DNA of 64,000 bases from Eledone cirrhosa. Lineage: Eukaryota. Shown here one piece after another: positions 26,101 through 38,917 of the stretch; positions within the stretch are counted from its first letter, which is position 1; every line of letters starts with the position of its first letter. The position numbers and the translations under genes are program-made. The DNA lies in assembly GCA_964016885.1 (NCBI GenBank), contig OZ024748.1, forward strand, positions 38,130,001 through 38,194,000, given 5' to 3'. The notes beneath the pieces were generated by a model that did not search any database, had not been told where the DNA came from, and saw only the letters and a list, made by a program, of their open reading frames with translations.

Positions 26101-29100
26101 AGGATGGTTGAATGGTTGCTTGGTTGGTTGGTTGAAGATTGAATGTTTGGTTGGTAGCATGGTTGGTTGGTTGGTTGGTTGGTTGGTTGGTTGGATGGTT
26201 GGTTGAAGATTGAATGGTTGGTTGGTAGGATGGTTGAACATTGAATGGTTGCTTGGTAGGATGGTTGGATGGCTGGTTGGTAGGATGGTTGGTTGGTTGG
26301 TTGGTTGGTTGGATGGTTGGTTGAAGATTGAATGGTTGGTTGGTAGGATGGTTGAAAGGTTGGTTGGTTGGTTGGTTGGTTGAAGATTGAATTGTTGGTT
26401 GGTACGATGGTTGGTTGGTTTGTTGGTTGGTTGGTTGGTTGGTTGGTTGAAGATAGAATGTTTGGTTGCTAGCTTGGTTGGTAGGATGGATGGATGACTG
26501 GATGTTGGGCTGGTTGGTTGGTTGAAGATTGAATGGTTGGTTGGTAGGATGGATGGTTGGATGGTTGGTTGGTTGGTTGAAGATTGAATGGTTGGTTGGT
26601 AGGATGGATGGTTGGATGGTTGGTTGGTTGGTTGGTTGGTTGAAGATTGAATGGTTGGTTGGTAGGATGGATGGTTGGATGGTTGGTTGGTTGGTTGAAG
26701 ATTGAATGGTTGGTTGGTAGGATGGTTTGATGGTTGGTTGGTTGGTTGGTTGAAGATTGAATGGTTGGTTGGTAGGATGGTTGGATGGTTGGTTGGTTGG
26801 TTGAAGATTGAATGGTTAGTTGGTAGGATGGTTAGTTGGTTGGTTGGTTGAAGATTGAATGGTTGGTTGGTAGGATGGATGGTTGGATGGTCGGTTGGTT
26901 GAAGATTGAATGGTTGGTTGGTAGGATGGATGGTTGGTTGGTTGGTTGGTTGAAGATTGAATGGTTGGTTGGTAGGATGGATGGTTGGATGGTTGGTTGG
27001 TTGGTTGAAGATTGAATGGTTGGTTGGTAGGATGGTTGGATGGTTGGTTGGTTGAAGATTGAATGGTTGGTTGGAAGGATGGTTGGATGGTTGGTTGGTT
27101 GGTTGGTTGATGATTGAATGTTTGGTTGGTAGGATGGTTGGATGGTTGGTTGGTTGAAGATTGAATGGTTAGTTGGTAGGATGGTTGGATGGTTGGTTGG
27201 TTGGTTGAAGATTGAATGTTTCGTTGGTAGGATGGTTGGATGGTTGGTTGGTTGGTTGAAGATTGAATGTTTGGTTGGTAGGATGGTTGGATGGTTGGTT
27301 GGTTGGTTGAAGATTGAATGGTTGGTTGGTAGGATGGTTGGATGGTTGATGGTTGATTCGTTAGTTGGTCGGATGGTTAGTTGTTTGGTTGGTTGAAGAT
27401 TGAATGGTTAGTTGGTAGGATGGTAGGATGGTTGGTTGGTTGGTTGAAGATTGAATGGTTGGTTGGTAGGATGGTTAGATGGTTGTTTGGTTGGTTGGTT
27501 GGTTGAAGATTGAATGGTTGGTTGGTAGGATGGTTAGTTGGTTGGTTGGTTGAAGATTGAATGGTTGGTTGGTAGGATGGTTGGTTGGTTGGTTGGTTGG
27601 TTGAAGATTGAATGGTTGGTTGGTAGGATGGTTGCTTGGTTGGTTGGTTGTTGGTTGAAGATTGAATGGTTGGTTGGTAGGTTGGTTGGTTGGTTGGTTG
27701 GTTGAAGATTGAATGGTTGGTTGGTAGGATGGTTGGATGGTTGTTTGGTTGGTTGGTTGGTTGAAGATTGAATGGTTGGTTGGTAGGATGGTTGGTTGGT
27801 TGGTTGGTTGGTTGAAGATTGAATGTTTGGTTGGTAGGATGGTTGGTTGGTTGGTTGGTTGGTTGAAGATTGAATGGTTGGTTGGTAGGATGGTTGGTTG
27901 GATGGTTGGTTGGTTGGTTGGTTGAAGATTGAATGGTTGGTTGATAGGATGGTTGGCTGGTTGGTTGGTTGGTTGGTTGGTTGGTTGGTTGGTTGAAGAT
28001 TGAATGGTTGGTTGGTAAGTTGGTTGGTTGGTTGGTTGGCTGGTTGGTTGAAGATTGAATGGTTGGTTGGTAGGATGGTTGGCTGGTTGGTTGGTTGGTT
28101 GGTTGGTTGGTTGAAGATTGAATGTTTGGTTGGTAGGATGGTTGGTTGGTTGGTTGGTTGGTTGGTTGGTTGAAGATTGAATGGTTGGTTGGTAGGATGG
28201 TTGGTTGGATGGTTGGTTGGTTGGTTGGTTGAAGATTGAATGGTTGGTTGGTAGGATGGTTGGCTGGTTGGTTGGTTGGTTGGTTGGTTGGTTGGTTGGT
28301 TGAAGATTGAATGGTTGGTTGGTAAGTTGGTTGGTTGGTTGGTTGGTTGGTTGGTTGAAGATTGAATGGTTGGTTGGTAGGATGCTTGGTTGGTTGGTTG
28401 GTTGAAGATTGAATGGTTGGTTGGTAGGATGGTTGGATGGTTGTTTGGTTGGTTGGTTGGTTGAAGATTGAATGGTTGTTTGGTAGGATGGTTGGTTGGT
28501 TGGTTGGTTGGTTGAAGATTGAATGTTTGGTTGGTAGGATGGTTGGTTGGTTGGTTGGTTGGTTGGTTGGTTGGTTGGTTGGTTGGTTGAAGATTGAATG
28601 GTTGGTTGGTAGGATGGTTGGTTGGATGGTTGGTTGGTTGGTTGAAGATTGAATGGTTGGTTGGTAGGATGGTTGGCTGGTTGGTTGGTTGGTTGGTTGA
28701 AGATTGAATGGTTGGTTGGTAAGTTGGTTGGTTGGTTGGTTGGTTGGTTGGTTGGTTGAAGATTGAATGGTTGGTTGTTGGGATGGTTGGATGGTTGGTT
28801 GAAGATTGAATGGTTGGTTGGTAGGATGGTTAGTTGGTTGGTTGGTTGGTTGGTTGGTTGGTTGGTTGAAGATTGAATGGTTGGTTGGTAGGATGGTTGG
28901 TTGGTTGGTTGGTTGGTTGAAGATTGAATGTTTGGTTGGTAGGATGGTTGGTTGGATGGTTGGTTGGTTGGTTGAAGATTGAATGGTTGGTTGGTAGGAT
29001 GGTTGGCTGGTTGGTTGGTTGGTGGTTGGTTGGTTGAAGATTGAATGGTTGGTTGGTAAGTTGGTTGGTTGGTTGGTAAGTTGGTTGGTTGGTTGGTTGA

Positions 29101-32100
29101 AGATTGAATGGTTGGTTGGTAGGATGGTTGGCTGGTTGGTTGGTTGGTTGGTTGGTTGAAGATTGAATGGTTGGTTGGTAAGTTGGTTGGTTGGTTGGTT
29201 GGATGGTTGGTTGAAGATTGAATGGTTGGTTGGTAGGATGCTTGGTTGGTTACGTTGGTTGAAGATTGAATGGTTGGTTGGTAGGATGGTTGGTTGGTTG
29301 GTTGGTTGGTTGGTTGAATGGTTGGTTGGTAGGATGGTTGGATGGTTGTTTGGTTGGTTGAAGATTGAATGTTTGGTTGGTAGGATGGTTGGTTGGTTGG
29401 TTGGCTGGTTGGTTGAAGATTGAATGGTTGGTTGGTAGGATGGTTGGTTGGTTGGTTGGTTGGTTGGTTGAAGATTGAATTGTTGGTTGGTAGGATGGTT
29501 GGTTGGTTGGTTGTTTGGTTGGTTGGTTGGTTGGTTGGTTGGTTGGTTGGTTAGTTGAAGATTGAATGGTTGGTTGGTAAGTTGGTTGGTTGGTTGGTTG
29601 GTTGGTTGGTTGAAGATTGAATGGTTGGTTGGTAGGATGGTAGGTTGGTTGGTTGGTTGGTTGAAGATTGAATGGTTGGTTGGTAGGATGCTTGGTTGGT
29701 TGGTTGGTTGAAGATGGAATGGTTTGTTGGTAGGATGGTTGGTTGGTTGGTTGGTTGGTTGGTTGAAGATTGAATGGTTGGTTCGTAGGATGGTTGGTTG
29801 GTTGGTTGGTTGGTTGAAGATTGAATGTTTGGTTGGTAGGATGGTTGGATGGTTGGTTGGTTGGTTGAAGATTGAATGTTTGGTTGGTAGGATGGTTGGA
29901 TGGTTGGTTGGTTGGTTGGTTGGATGGTTCGTTGAAGATTGAATGGTTGGTTGGTAGGATGGTTGGATGGTTGGTTGGTTGGTTGAAGATTGAATGTTTG
30001 GTTGGTAGGATTGTTGGATGGTTGGTTGGTTGGTTGGTTGGTTGGATGGTTGGTTGAAGATTGAATGGATGGTTGGTAGGATGGTTGGATGGTTGGTTGG
30101 TTGGTTGAAGATTGAATGTTTGGTTGGTAGGGTGGTTGGATGGTTGGTTGGTTGGATGGTGGGTTGAAGATTGAATGGTTGGTTGGTTGGATGGTTGAAT
30201 GGTTGGTTGGTTGGTTGGTTGAAGATTGAATGTTTGGTTGGTAGGATGGTTGGTTGCTTGGTTGGTTGGTTGGTTGGCTGGTTGGATGGTTGGTTGAAGA
30301 TTGAATGGTTGGTTGGTAGGATGGTTGAATGGTTGGTTGGTTGGTTGGTTGGTTGGTTGAAGATTGAATGTTTGGTTGGTTGGTTGGTTGGATGGTTGGT
30401 TGAAGATTGAATGGTTGGTAGGATGGTTGAATGGTTAGTTGGTTGGTTGAAGATTGAATGTTTGGTTGGTAAGATGGTTGGATGGCTGGATAGTTGGCTG
30501 GTTGGTTGGTTGAAGATTAAATGGTTGGTTCGTAGGATGGTTGGATGGTTGGATGGTTGGCTGGTTGGTTGAAGATTGAATGTTTGGTTGGTAGGATGGT
30601 TGGATGGTTGGTTGGTTGGTTGGTTGGTCGGTTGGATGGTTGGTTGAAGATTGAATGGTTGGTTGGTTGGTTGGTTGAAGATTGAATGGTTGGTTGGTAG
30701 GATGGTTGAATGGTTGGTTGGTTGAAGATTGAATGTTTGGTTGGTAGCATGGTTGGTTGGTTGGTTGGTTGGTTGGTTGGTTGGTTGGTTGGTTGGTTGG
30801 ATGGTTGGTTGAAGATTGAATGGTTGGTTGGTAGGATGGTTGAATGGTTGCTTGGTTGGTTGGTTGAAGATTGAATGTTTGGTTGGTAGGATGGTTGGAT
30901 GGTTGGTTGGTTGGTTGGTTGGTCGGTTGGATGGTTGGTTGAAGATTGAATGGTTGGTTGGTAGGATGGTTGAATGGTTGGTTGGTTGGTTGGTTGAAGA
31001 TTGAATGGTTGGTTGGTAGGATGGTTGAATGGTTGGTTGGTTGGTTGAAGATTGAATGGTTGGTTGGTAGGATGGTTGAATGGTTGCTTGGTTGGTTGGT
31101 TGAAGATTGAATGTTTGGTTGGTAGCATGGTTGGTTGGTTGGTGGGTTGGTTGGTTGGTTGGATGGTTGGTTGAAGATTGAATGGTTGGTTGGTAGGATG
31201 GTTGAACATTGAATGGTTGCTTGGTAGGATGGTTGGATGGCTGGTTGGTAGGATGGTTGGTTGGTTGGTTGGTTGGTTGGTTGGATGGTTGGTTGAAGAT
31301 TGAATGGTTGGTTGGTAGGATGGTTGAAAGGTTGGTTGGTTGGTTGGTTGGTTGGTTGAAGATTGAATTGTTGGTTGGTACGATGGTTGGTTGGTTTGTT
31401 GGTTGGTTGGTTGGTTGGTTGGTTGAAGATAGAATGTTTGGTTGGTAGCTTGGTTGGTAGGATGGATGGATGACTGGATGGTTGGCTGGTTGGTTGGTTG
31501 AAGATTGAATGGTTGGTTGGTAGGATGGATGGTTGGATGGTTGGTTGGTTGGTTGAAGATTGAATGGTTGGTTGGTAGGATGGATGGTTGGATGGTTGGT
31601 TGGTTGGTTGGTTGGTTGAAGATTGAATGGTTGGTTGGTAGGATGGATGGTTGGATGGTTGGTTGGTTGGTTGAAGATTGAATGGTTGGTTGGTAGGATG
31701 GTTTGATGGTTGGTTGGTTGGTTGAAGATTGAATGGTTGGTTGGTAGGATGGTTGGATGGTTGGTTGGTTGGTTGAAGATTGAATGGTTAGTTGGTAGGA
31801 TGGTTAGTTGGTTGGTTGGTTGAAGATTGAATGGTTGGTTGGTAGGATGGATGGTTGGATGGTCGGTTGGTTGAAGATTGAATGGTTGGTTGGTAGGATG
31901 GATGGTTGGATGGTTGGTTGGTTGAAGATTGAATGGTTGGTTGGTAGGATGGTTGGATGGTTGGTTGGTTGGTTGAAGATTGAATGGTTGGTTGGTAGGA
32001 TGGGTGGATGGTTGGTTGGTTGGTTGAAGATTGAATGGTTGGTTGGTAGGTTGGATGGTTGGATGGTTGGTTGGTTGGTTGAAGATTGAATGGTTGGTTG

Positions 32101-35100
32101 GTAGGATGGTTGGATGGTTGGTTGGTTGAAGATTGAATGGTTGGTTGGAAGGATGGTTGGATGGTTGGTTGGTTGGTTGGTTGATGATTGAATGTTTGGT
32201 TGGTAGGATGGTTGGATGGTTGGTTGATTGGTTGAAGATTGAATGTTTGGTTGGTAGGATGGTTGGATGGTTGATGGTTGAATCGTTAGTTGGTCGGATG
32301 GTTAGTTGTTTGGTTGGTTGAAGATTGAATGGTTAGTTGGTAGGATGGTAGGATGGTTGGTTGGTTGGTTGAAGATTGAATGGTTGGTTGGTAGGATGGT
32401 TAGATGGTTGTTTGGTTGGTTGGTTGGTTGAAGATTGAATGGTTGGTTGGTAGGATGGTTAGTTGGTTGGTTGGTTGAAGATTGAATGGTTGGTTGGTAG
32501 GATGGTTGGTTGGTTGGTTGGTTGGTTGGTTGAAGATTGAATGGTTGGTTGGTAGGATGGTTGCTTGGTTGGTTGGTTGTTGGTTGAAGATTGAATGGTT
32601 GGTTGGTAGGATGGTTGGTTGGTTGGTTGGTTGGTTGAAGATTGAATGGTTGGTTGGTAGGATGGTTGGATGGTTGTTTGGTTGGTTGGTTGGTTGGTTG
32701 AAGATTGAATGGTTGGTTGGTAGGATGGTTGGTTGGTTGGTTGGTTGGTTGAAGATTGAATGTTTGGTTGGTAGGATGGTTGGTTGGTTGGTTGGTTGGT
32801 TGGTTGGTTGGTTGAAGATTGAATGGTTGGTTGGTAGGATGGTTGGCTGGTTGGTTGGTTGGTTGGTTGGTTGGTTGGTTGAAGATTGAATGGTTGGTTG
32901 GTAAGTTGGTTGGTTGGTTGGTTGGTTGGTTGAAGATTGAATGGTTGGTTGGTAGGATGGTTGGCTGGTTGGTTGGTTGGTTGGTTGGTTGGTTGAAGAT
33001 TGAATGTTTGGTTGGTAGGATGGTTGGTTGGTTGGTTGGTTGGTTGGTTGGTTGAAGATTGAATGGTTGGTTGGTAGGATGGTTGGTTGGATGGTTGGTT
33101 GGTTGGTTGGTTGAAGATTGAATGGTTGGTTGGTAGGATGGTTGGTTGGTTGGTTGGTTGGTTGGTTGGTTGGTTGGTTGGTTGAAGATTGAATGGTTGG
33201 TTGGTAAGTTGGTTGGTTGGTTGGTTGGTTGGTTGGTTGAAGATTGAATGGTTGGTTGGTAGGATGCTTGGTTGGTTGGTTGGTTGAAGATTGAATGGTT
33301 GGTTGGTAGGATGGTTGGATGGTTGTTTGGTTGGTTGGTTGGTTGGTTGAAGATTGAATGGTTGTTTGGTAGGATGGTTGGTTGGTTGGTTGGTTGGTTG
33401 AAGATTGAATGTTTGGTTGGTAGGATGGTTGGTTGGTTGGTTGGTTGGTTGGTTGGTTGGTTGGTTGGTTGAAGATTGAATGGTTGGTTGGTAGGATGGT
33501 TGGTTGGATGGTTGGTTGGTTGGTTGAAGATTGAATGGTTGGTTGGTAGGATGGTTGGCTGGTTGGTTGGTTGGTTGGTTGGTTGGTTGAAGATTGAATG
33601 GTTGGTTGGTAAGTTGGTTGGTTGGTTGGTTGGTTGAAGATTGAATGGTTGGTTGGTAGGATGGTTGGCTGGTTGGTTGGTTGGTTGGTTGGTTGGTTGA
33701 AGATTGAATGGTTGGTTGGTAAGTTGGTTGGTTGGTTGGTTGAATGGTTGGTTGAAGATTGAATGGTTGGTTGGTAGGATGCTTGGTTGGTTGGTTGGTT
33801 GAAGATTGAATGGTTGGTTGGTAGGATGGTTGGTTGGTTGGTTTGTTGGTTGAAGATTGAATGGTTGGTTGGTAGGATGGTTGGATGGTTGTTTGGTTGG
33901 TTGAAGATTGAATGTTTGGTTGGTAGGATGGTTGGTTGGTTGGTTGGCTGGTTGGTTGAAGATTGAATGGTTGGTTGGTAGGATGGTTGGTTGGTTGGTT
34001 GGTTGGTTGAAGATTGAATTGTTGGTTGGTACGATGGTTGGTTGGTTGGTTGAAGATTGAATGGTTGGTTGGTAGGATGGTTGGTGGTTGGTTGGTTGAA
34101 GATTGAATGGTTGATTGGTAGGATGCTTGGTTGGTTGGCTGGTTGGTTGAAGATTGAATGGTTGGTTGGTAGGATGGTTGGTTGGTTGGTTGGTTGAAGA
34201 TTGAATGGTTGGTTGGTAGGATGGTTGGTTGGTTGGTTGGTTGGTTGAAGATTGAATGGTTGGTTGGTAGGATGGTTGGTTGGTTGGTTGGTTGGTTGAA
34301 GATTGAATGGTTGGTTGGTAGGATGCTTGGTTGGTTGGTTGGTTGGTTGAAGATTGAATGGTTGGTTTGGTAGGATGGTTGGTTGGTTGGTTGGTTGGTT
34401 GAAGATTGAATGGTTGGTTGGTTGGTAGGATGGTTGGTTGGCTGGTTGGTTGGTTGAAGATTGAATGGTTGGTTGGTAGGATGGTTGGTTGGTTGGTTGG
34501 TTGGTTGGTTGGTTGAAGATTGATTTGTTGGTTGGTACGATGGTTGGTTGGTTGGTTGGTTGGTTGGTTGAAGATTGAATGGTTGGTTGGTAAGTTGGTT
34601 GGTTGGTTGGTTGGTTGGTTGAAGATTGAATGGTTGGTTGGTAGGATGGTTGGTTCGTTGGTTGGTTGAAGATTGAATGGTTGGTTGGTAGGATGCTTGG
34701 TTGGTTGGTTGGTTGGTTGAAGATTGAATGGTTGGTTGGTAGGATGGTTGGTTGGTTGGTTGGTTGGTTGAAGATTGAATGGTTGGTTGGTAGGATGGTT
34801 GGTTGGTTGGTTGGTTGGTTGAAGATTGAATGGTTGGTTGGTAGGATGGTTGGTTGGTTGGTTGGTTGGTTGATGAAGATTGAATGGTTGGTTGGTAGGA
34901 TGGTTGGTTAGTTGGTTGGTTGGTTGGTTGGTTGAAGATTGAATGGTTGGTTGGTAGGATGGTTGGTTGGTTGCTTGGTTGGTTGAAGATTGAATGGTTG
35001 GTTGGTAGGATGGTTGGATGATTGTTTGGTTGGTTGAAGATTGAATGGTTGGTTGGTAGGATGGTTGGTTGGTTGGTTGGTTGGTTGGTTGGTTGGTTGG

Positions 35101-37505
35101 TTGAAGATTGAATGGTTGGTTGGTAGGATGATTGGTTGGTTGGTTGGTTGGTTGGTTGGTTGAAGATTGAATGGTTGGTTGGAAGGATGGTTGGCTGTTT
35201 GGTTGGTTGGTTGGTTTGTTGGTTGGTTGGTTGAAGATTGAATGGTTGGTTGGTAAGTTGGTTGGTTGGTTGGTTGGTTGGTTGGTTGGTTGGTTGGTTG
35301 AAGATTGAATGGTTGGTTGGTAGGTTGCTTGGTTGGTTGGTTGGTTGGTTGGTTGGTTGGTTGAAGATTGAATGGTTGGTTGGTAGGATGGTTGGTTGGT
35401 TGGTTGGTTGGTTGGTTGAAGATTGAATGGTTTGTTGGTAGGATGGTTGTTTGGTTGGTTGGTTGGTTGAAGATTGAATGGCTGGTTGGTAGGTTGGTTG
35501 GTTGGTTGGTTGGTTGGTTGGTTGGTTGGTTGGTTGGTTGAAGATTGAATGGTTGGTTGGTAGGATGGTTGGTTGGTTGGTTGGTTGGTTGAAGATTGAA
35601 TGGTTGGTTGATAGGATGGTTGGTTGGTTGTTTGGTTGGTTGAAGATTGAATGGTTGGTTGGTAGGATGGTTGGTTGGTTGGTTGGTTGAGCTTGAATGT
35701 TTGGTTGGTAGGATGGTTGGATGGTTGGTTGGTTGAAGATTGAATGGATGGTTGGTAGGATGGTTGGATGGTTGGTTGGTTGGTTGGTTGAAGATTGAAT
35801 GTTTGGTTGGTAGGATGGTTGGATGGTTGGTTGGTTGGTTGAAGATTGAATGTTTGGTTGGTAGGATGGTTGGATGATTGGTTGGTTGGTTGGTTGGTTG
35901 GTTGGTTGAAGATTGAATGGTTGGTTGGTAGGATGGTTGGTTGGTTGGTTGGTAGGATGGTTGGATGGTTGGTTGGTTGGTTGGTTGAAGATTGAATGGT
36001 TGGTTGGTAGGATGGTTGGAGGGTTGGTTGGTTGGTTGAAGATTGAATGGTTGGTAGGATGGTTTTTTGGTTGGTTGGTTGAAGATTGAATGGTTAGTTG
36101 GTGGGATGGTTGGATGTTTGGTTGGTAGGATGGGTGGATGGTTGGTTGGTTGGTTGAAGATTGAATGGTATGTTGGTAGCATGGTTGGATGATTGGTTGG
36201 TTGGTTTGTTGGTTGAAGATTGAATGGTTGGTTGGTAGGATGGTTGGTTGGTTGGTTGGTAGGATGGTTGGATGGTTGGTTGGTTGGTTGGTTGGTTGAA
36301 GATTGAATGGTTGGTTGGTAGGCTGGTTGGTTGGTTGGTTGAAGATTGAATAGTTGGTTGGTAGGATGGTTGGTTGGTTGGTCGGATGGTTGGTTGGATG
36401 GTTAGTTGGTTGGTTGAAGATTGAATGGTTGGTTGGATGGTTGAATGGTTGGTTGGTTGGAAGGATGGTTGGATGGTTGGTTGGTTGGTTGGATGGCTGT
36501 TGGGTTGGTAGGATGGTTGGTTGGATGGTTGGTTGTTAGGATGGTTGATTTTTTGGTTGGTTGAATGGTTGGTTGGTAGGATGGTTGTTTGGATGGTTGG
36601 TTGGTTGGTTGGATTGTTGCTTGGTTGGTTGGATGGTTAGTTGGTTGGATGGTTGGTTGGTTGCTTGGTTGGTTGGATGGTTGGTTGGATGGTTGGTTGT
36701 TTGGTTGGTTGGTTGGTTGGTTGGTTGGTTGGTTGGTTGGTTGGTTGGTTGGTTGGTTGGTTGGTTGGTCGCTTGGTTGGATGGATGGTTGGTTGGTTGG
36801 TTGGTTGGTTGGTTGGTGGGTTGGTTGTATGGTTGGTGGGTTGGTTGGCTGTTTTGTTGCTTGGTTGGCTGGTTGGTCGGTTGTTAGGATGATTGGTTGG
36901 TTGGTAGGTTGGCTGGATGGTTGGTTGGTTGGAAGGATGGTTGGATGGTTGTTTGTTTGTTTGGATGGTTGGTTGTGTGGTTGGATGGCTGGTTGGTAGG
37001 ATGGTTGGTTAGTTGGTAGGATGGTTGGATGGTTGGTTGGTTGGAAGTATGGTTGGATGGTTGGTTGGTTGGTTGGATGGTTGGTTGTTTGTTTGATAGT
37101 TGGTTGCATGGTTGGTTGGATGTTTGGTTGGTTGGTTGGTTGGTTGGTTGGTTGGTTGGTTGGTTGGTTGGTTGGTTGGTTGGTTGGTTGGTTGGTTGGT
37201 TGGATGGTTGGTTGGTTGGTTGGTTGGTTGGTTGGCTGTTTGTTTTGTTGGTAGGTTGGATGGTTGGTTGAATGGTTGGTTGGTTGGCTGGTTGGATGGT
37301 TGGATGGTTGGTTGGTTGGTTCATTGGCTGGTTGGCTGTTTGGTTGGATGGTTGGCTGGTTGGTTGGTTGGCTGGTTGGTTGGTTGGTTGGTTGGTTGGT
37401 AGGATGCTGGGTTAGGTGGTTGGCTGGTTGGTTGGTTAGTTGGATAGTTGGTTGGTTGGGTGGTTTGTTGGGTGGTTGGTTGGATGTTTGGTTGACGGAT
37501 GGTTG
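5130..37505. repeat. GGTT-based satellite array 1 (~32.4 kb)
   Basis: Hundreds of monomers GAAGATTGAATGGTTGGTTGGTAGGAT(GGTT)n, mostly ~39-63 bp and all in one orientation. Core-less degenerate GGTT edges lie at ~5130-5365 and ~36430-37505. Confidence 0.98.
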
Positions 37506-37605
37506 TTTGAACAATTGTTTATACACGGATCAGAAGTCTGATATCAGAAGTGAAGGCCTGTAGGATGTTGTTATTGCCAGTACATGGAACTTGGCTCTAG
37601 TTGTT

Positions 37606-37657
37606 GAGTCATCTCATGAGCCTGAGAGAAACAGGCGAAACTCCACAGTAACAACTC
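37606..37657 (+). ncRNA. Degenerate type I hammerhead ribozyme (HHR-D), probably inactive
   Basis: GAGUCAU-CUCAUGA(G5 to C)-GCCUG-agagaaa-CAGGC-GAAA-CUCCACAG-U-A-ACAACUC. Stem I is restored to GAGUCGU/ACGACUC by reversing two CpG-to-CpA changes. Confidence 0.7.
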
Positions 37658-37735
37658 TCACTATATATCCTAGCCTTAATAAAATGAATATTTCAACTCT
37701 ACCTCCGTATTGAGTACTCTTTTCTCTCCGTCGTC

Positions 37736-37898
<163 letters not shown>

Positions 37899-37899
<1 letters not shown>

Positions 37900-38144
37900 T
37901 GGTACGCTTTCATCAGATAAAATACAAAGTTTGTTTCATAAATAGAGACATACTCATGAAAATCATACCCATGAAAAGCATACCTTATTGGTCGGAAATT
38001 CACTGGATTTATATGTTTTATAAATATAGTTTCCCTTTATTTAATATCATTGAATATTTACTCCATTAAACTGTTGAGTGCTCTAAATCAGTTATAAACA
38101 TTTATGTTTGTCTGACTTCCAACAAATTAAATACCACTTCTTCT
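37899..38144. mobile_element. Family B copy 3 (diverged), with a truncated hammerhead on the minus strand
   Basis: GGTACGCTTTCATCAGATAAAATACAA and ATGTTTTATAAATATAGTTTCC...GTTGAGTGCTCTAAATCAGTTATAAA...CCAACAAATTAAATA are collinear with 4109-4354. The minus-strand CUGAUGA at 37916-37910 is cut off within stem II by (TA)n. Confidence 0.75.
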
Positions 38145-38294
38145 TATATATATATATATTTGCTTGGCCTTTATAACTTATGTTTATTGCTCTGGTCTTT
38201 ATTGGTACATGGAGCGCTTGCCAGCTTAAATCGGATATTGCGTTTCAGTTTGTTTTCGATGACAGCAGAAATTCGATCTCGCTGAAATTATATT

Positions 38295-38319
<25 letters not shown>

Positions 38320-38325
<6 letters not shown>

Positions 38326-38646
38326 ATAAAAAGGAATAATAGATACAATATACCTATTTTTAACTTTCGTCCCGACTGCACAGTTTCGCTGCAAAAATGT
38401 TATATCATAGATATGTAACATTGTTGTGAGGTAAGCCAGCTTATCAAGAGAGCACCTCAGGTATCTATTATTCCTTTTTATAATATTTTACATAACTCTG
38501 ATATTGTGTCAATTTAATTATTTCGATTATTTTGTCTCTCATAATCATAGAGTAACACTGGTTAAGGTTGACAACACACAATCTCACATACTTGTGAAAA
38601 ATGTGTATTTATATATACATGTATGTATACACATATATTTGTATAC
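38320..38646. mobile_element. Penelope pLTR/retrozyme-like element, family E, rearranged copy
   Basis: 38320-38460 is the reverse complement of ~38918-39067, and 38461-38646 is a direct copy of ~39041-39232. A 27-bp overlap appears as an inverted repeat (38320-38346 vs 38461-38487). Confidence 0.8.
38370..38451 (-). ncRNA. Putative U3-A8 variant hammerhead ribozyme (HHR-E2)
   Basis: Minus strand: UCUC-UUGAUAA-GCUG...CAGC-GAAA-CUGUGCAG-U-C-GGGA. Confidence 0.68.
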
Positions 38647-38776
38647 CTCTCATTATTGTCTCTAACTCCCTCACGGTAGAGTAACCACGGAAGTATAGTG
38701 ACTGCTTTCAAGCAAACACTATATACACTTCTAGTCAACCTTACCATCCTTCTGTACCCTATGTATCATATCAATA

Positions 38777-38892
38777 TCTCCCTCCGCCTTCTGAGATATT
38801 TTCACTGCTACAAGGGATTAATCCCCTTTCTTGACCGGTGTATCACGTGATAGAGTCTCCCTCCGCCTTTCTGAGATTTTCTCGCATGCTAC
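38777..38892. repeat. Imperfect ~36-bp direct repeat pair (79-bp spacing)
   Basis: TCTCCCTCCGCCTT(T)CTGAGAT...TGCTAC at 38777-38811 and 38856-38892. Confidence 0.85.
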
Positions 38893-38917
38893 GGACGTAT
38901 GTAGTTAGGGCTCTTCA

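Noticed and set aside
5368-36420. CRISPR-like pattern of constant repeat plus variable spacer
   Set aside because: The spacers are only GGTT multiples rather than unique sequence; there are no cas genes and the context is eukaryotic.
38160-38296. Possible further hammerhead on the minus strand (CTG...TGAAACGC)
   Set aside because: No CUGANGA core and no convincing stem II.
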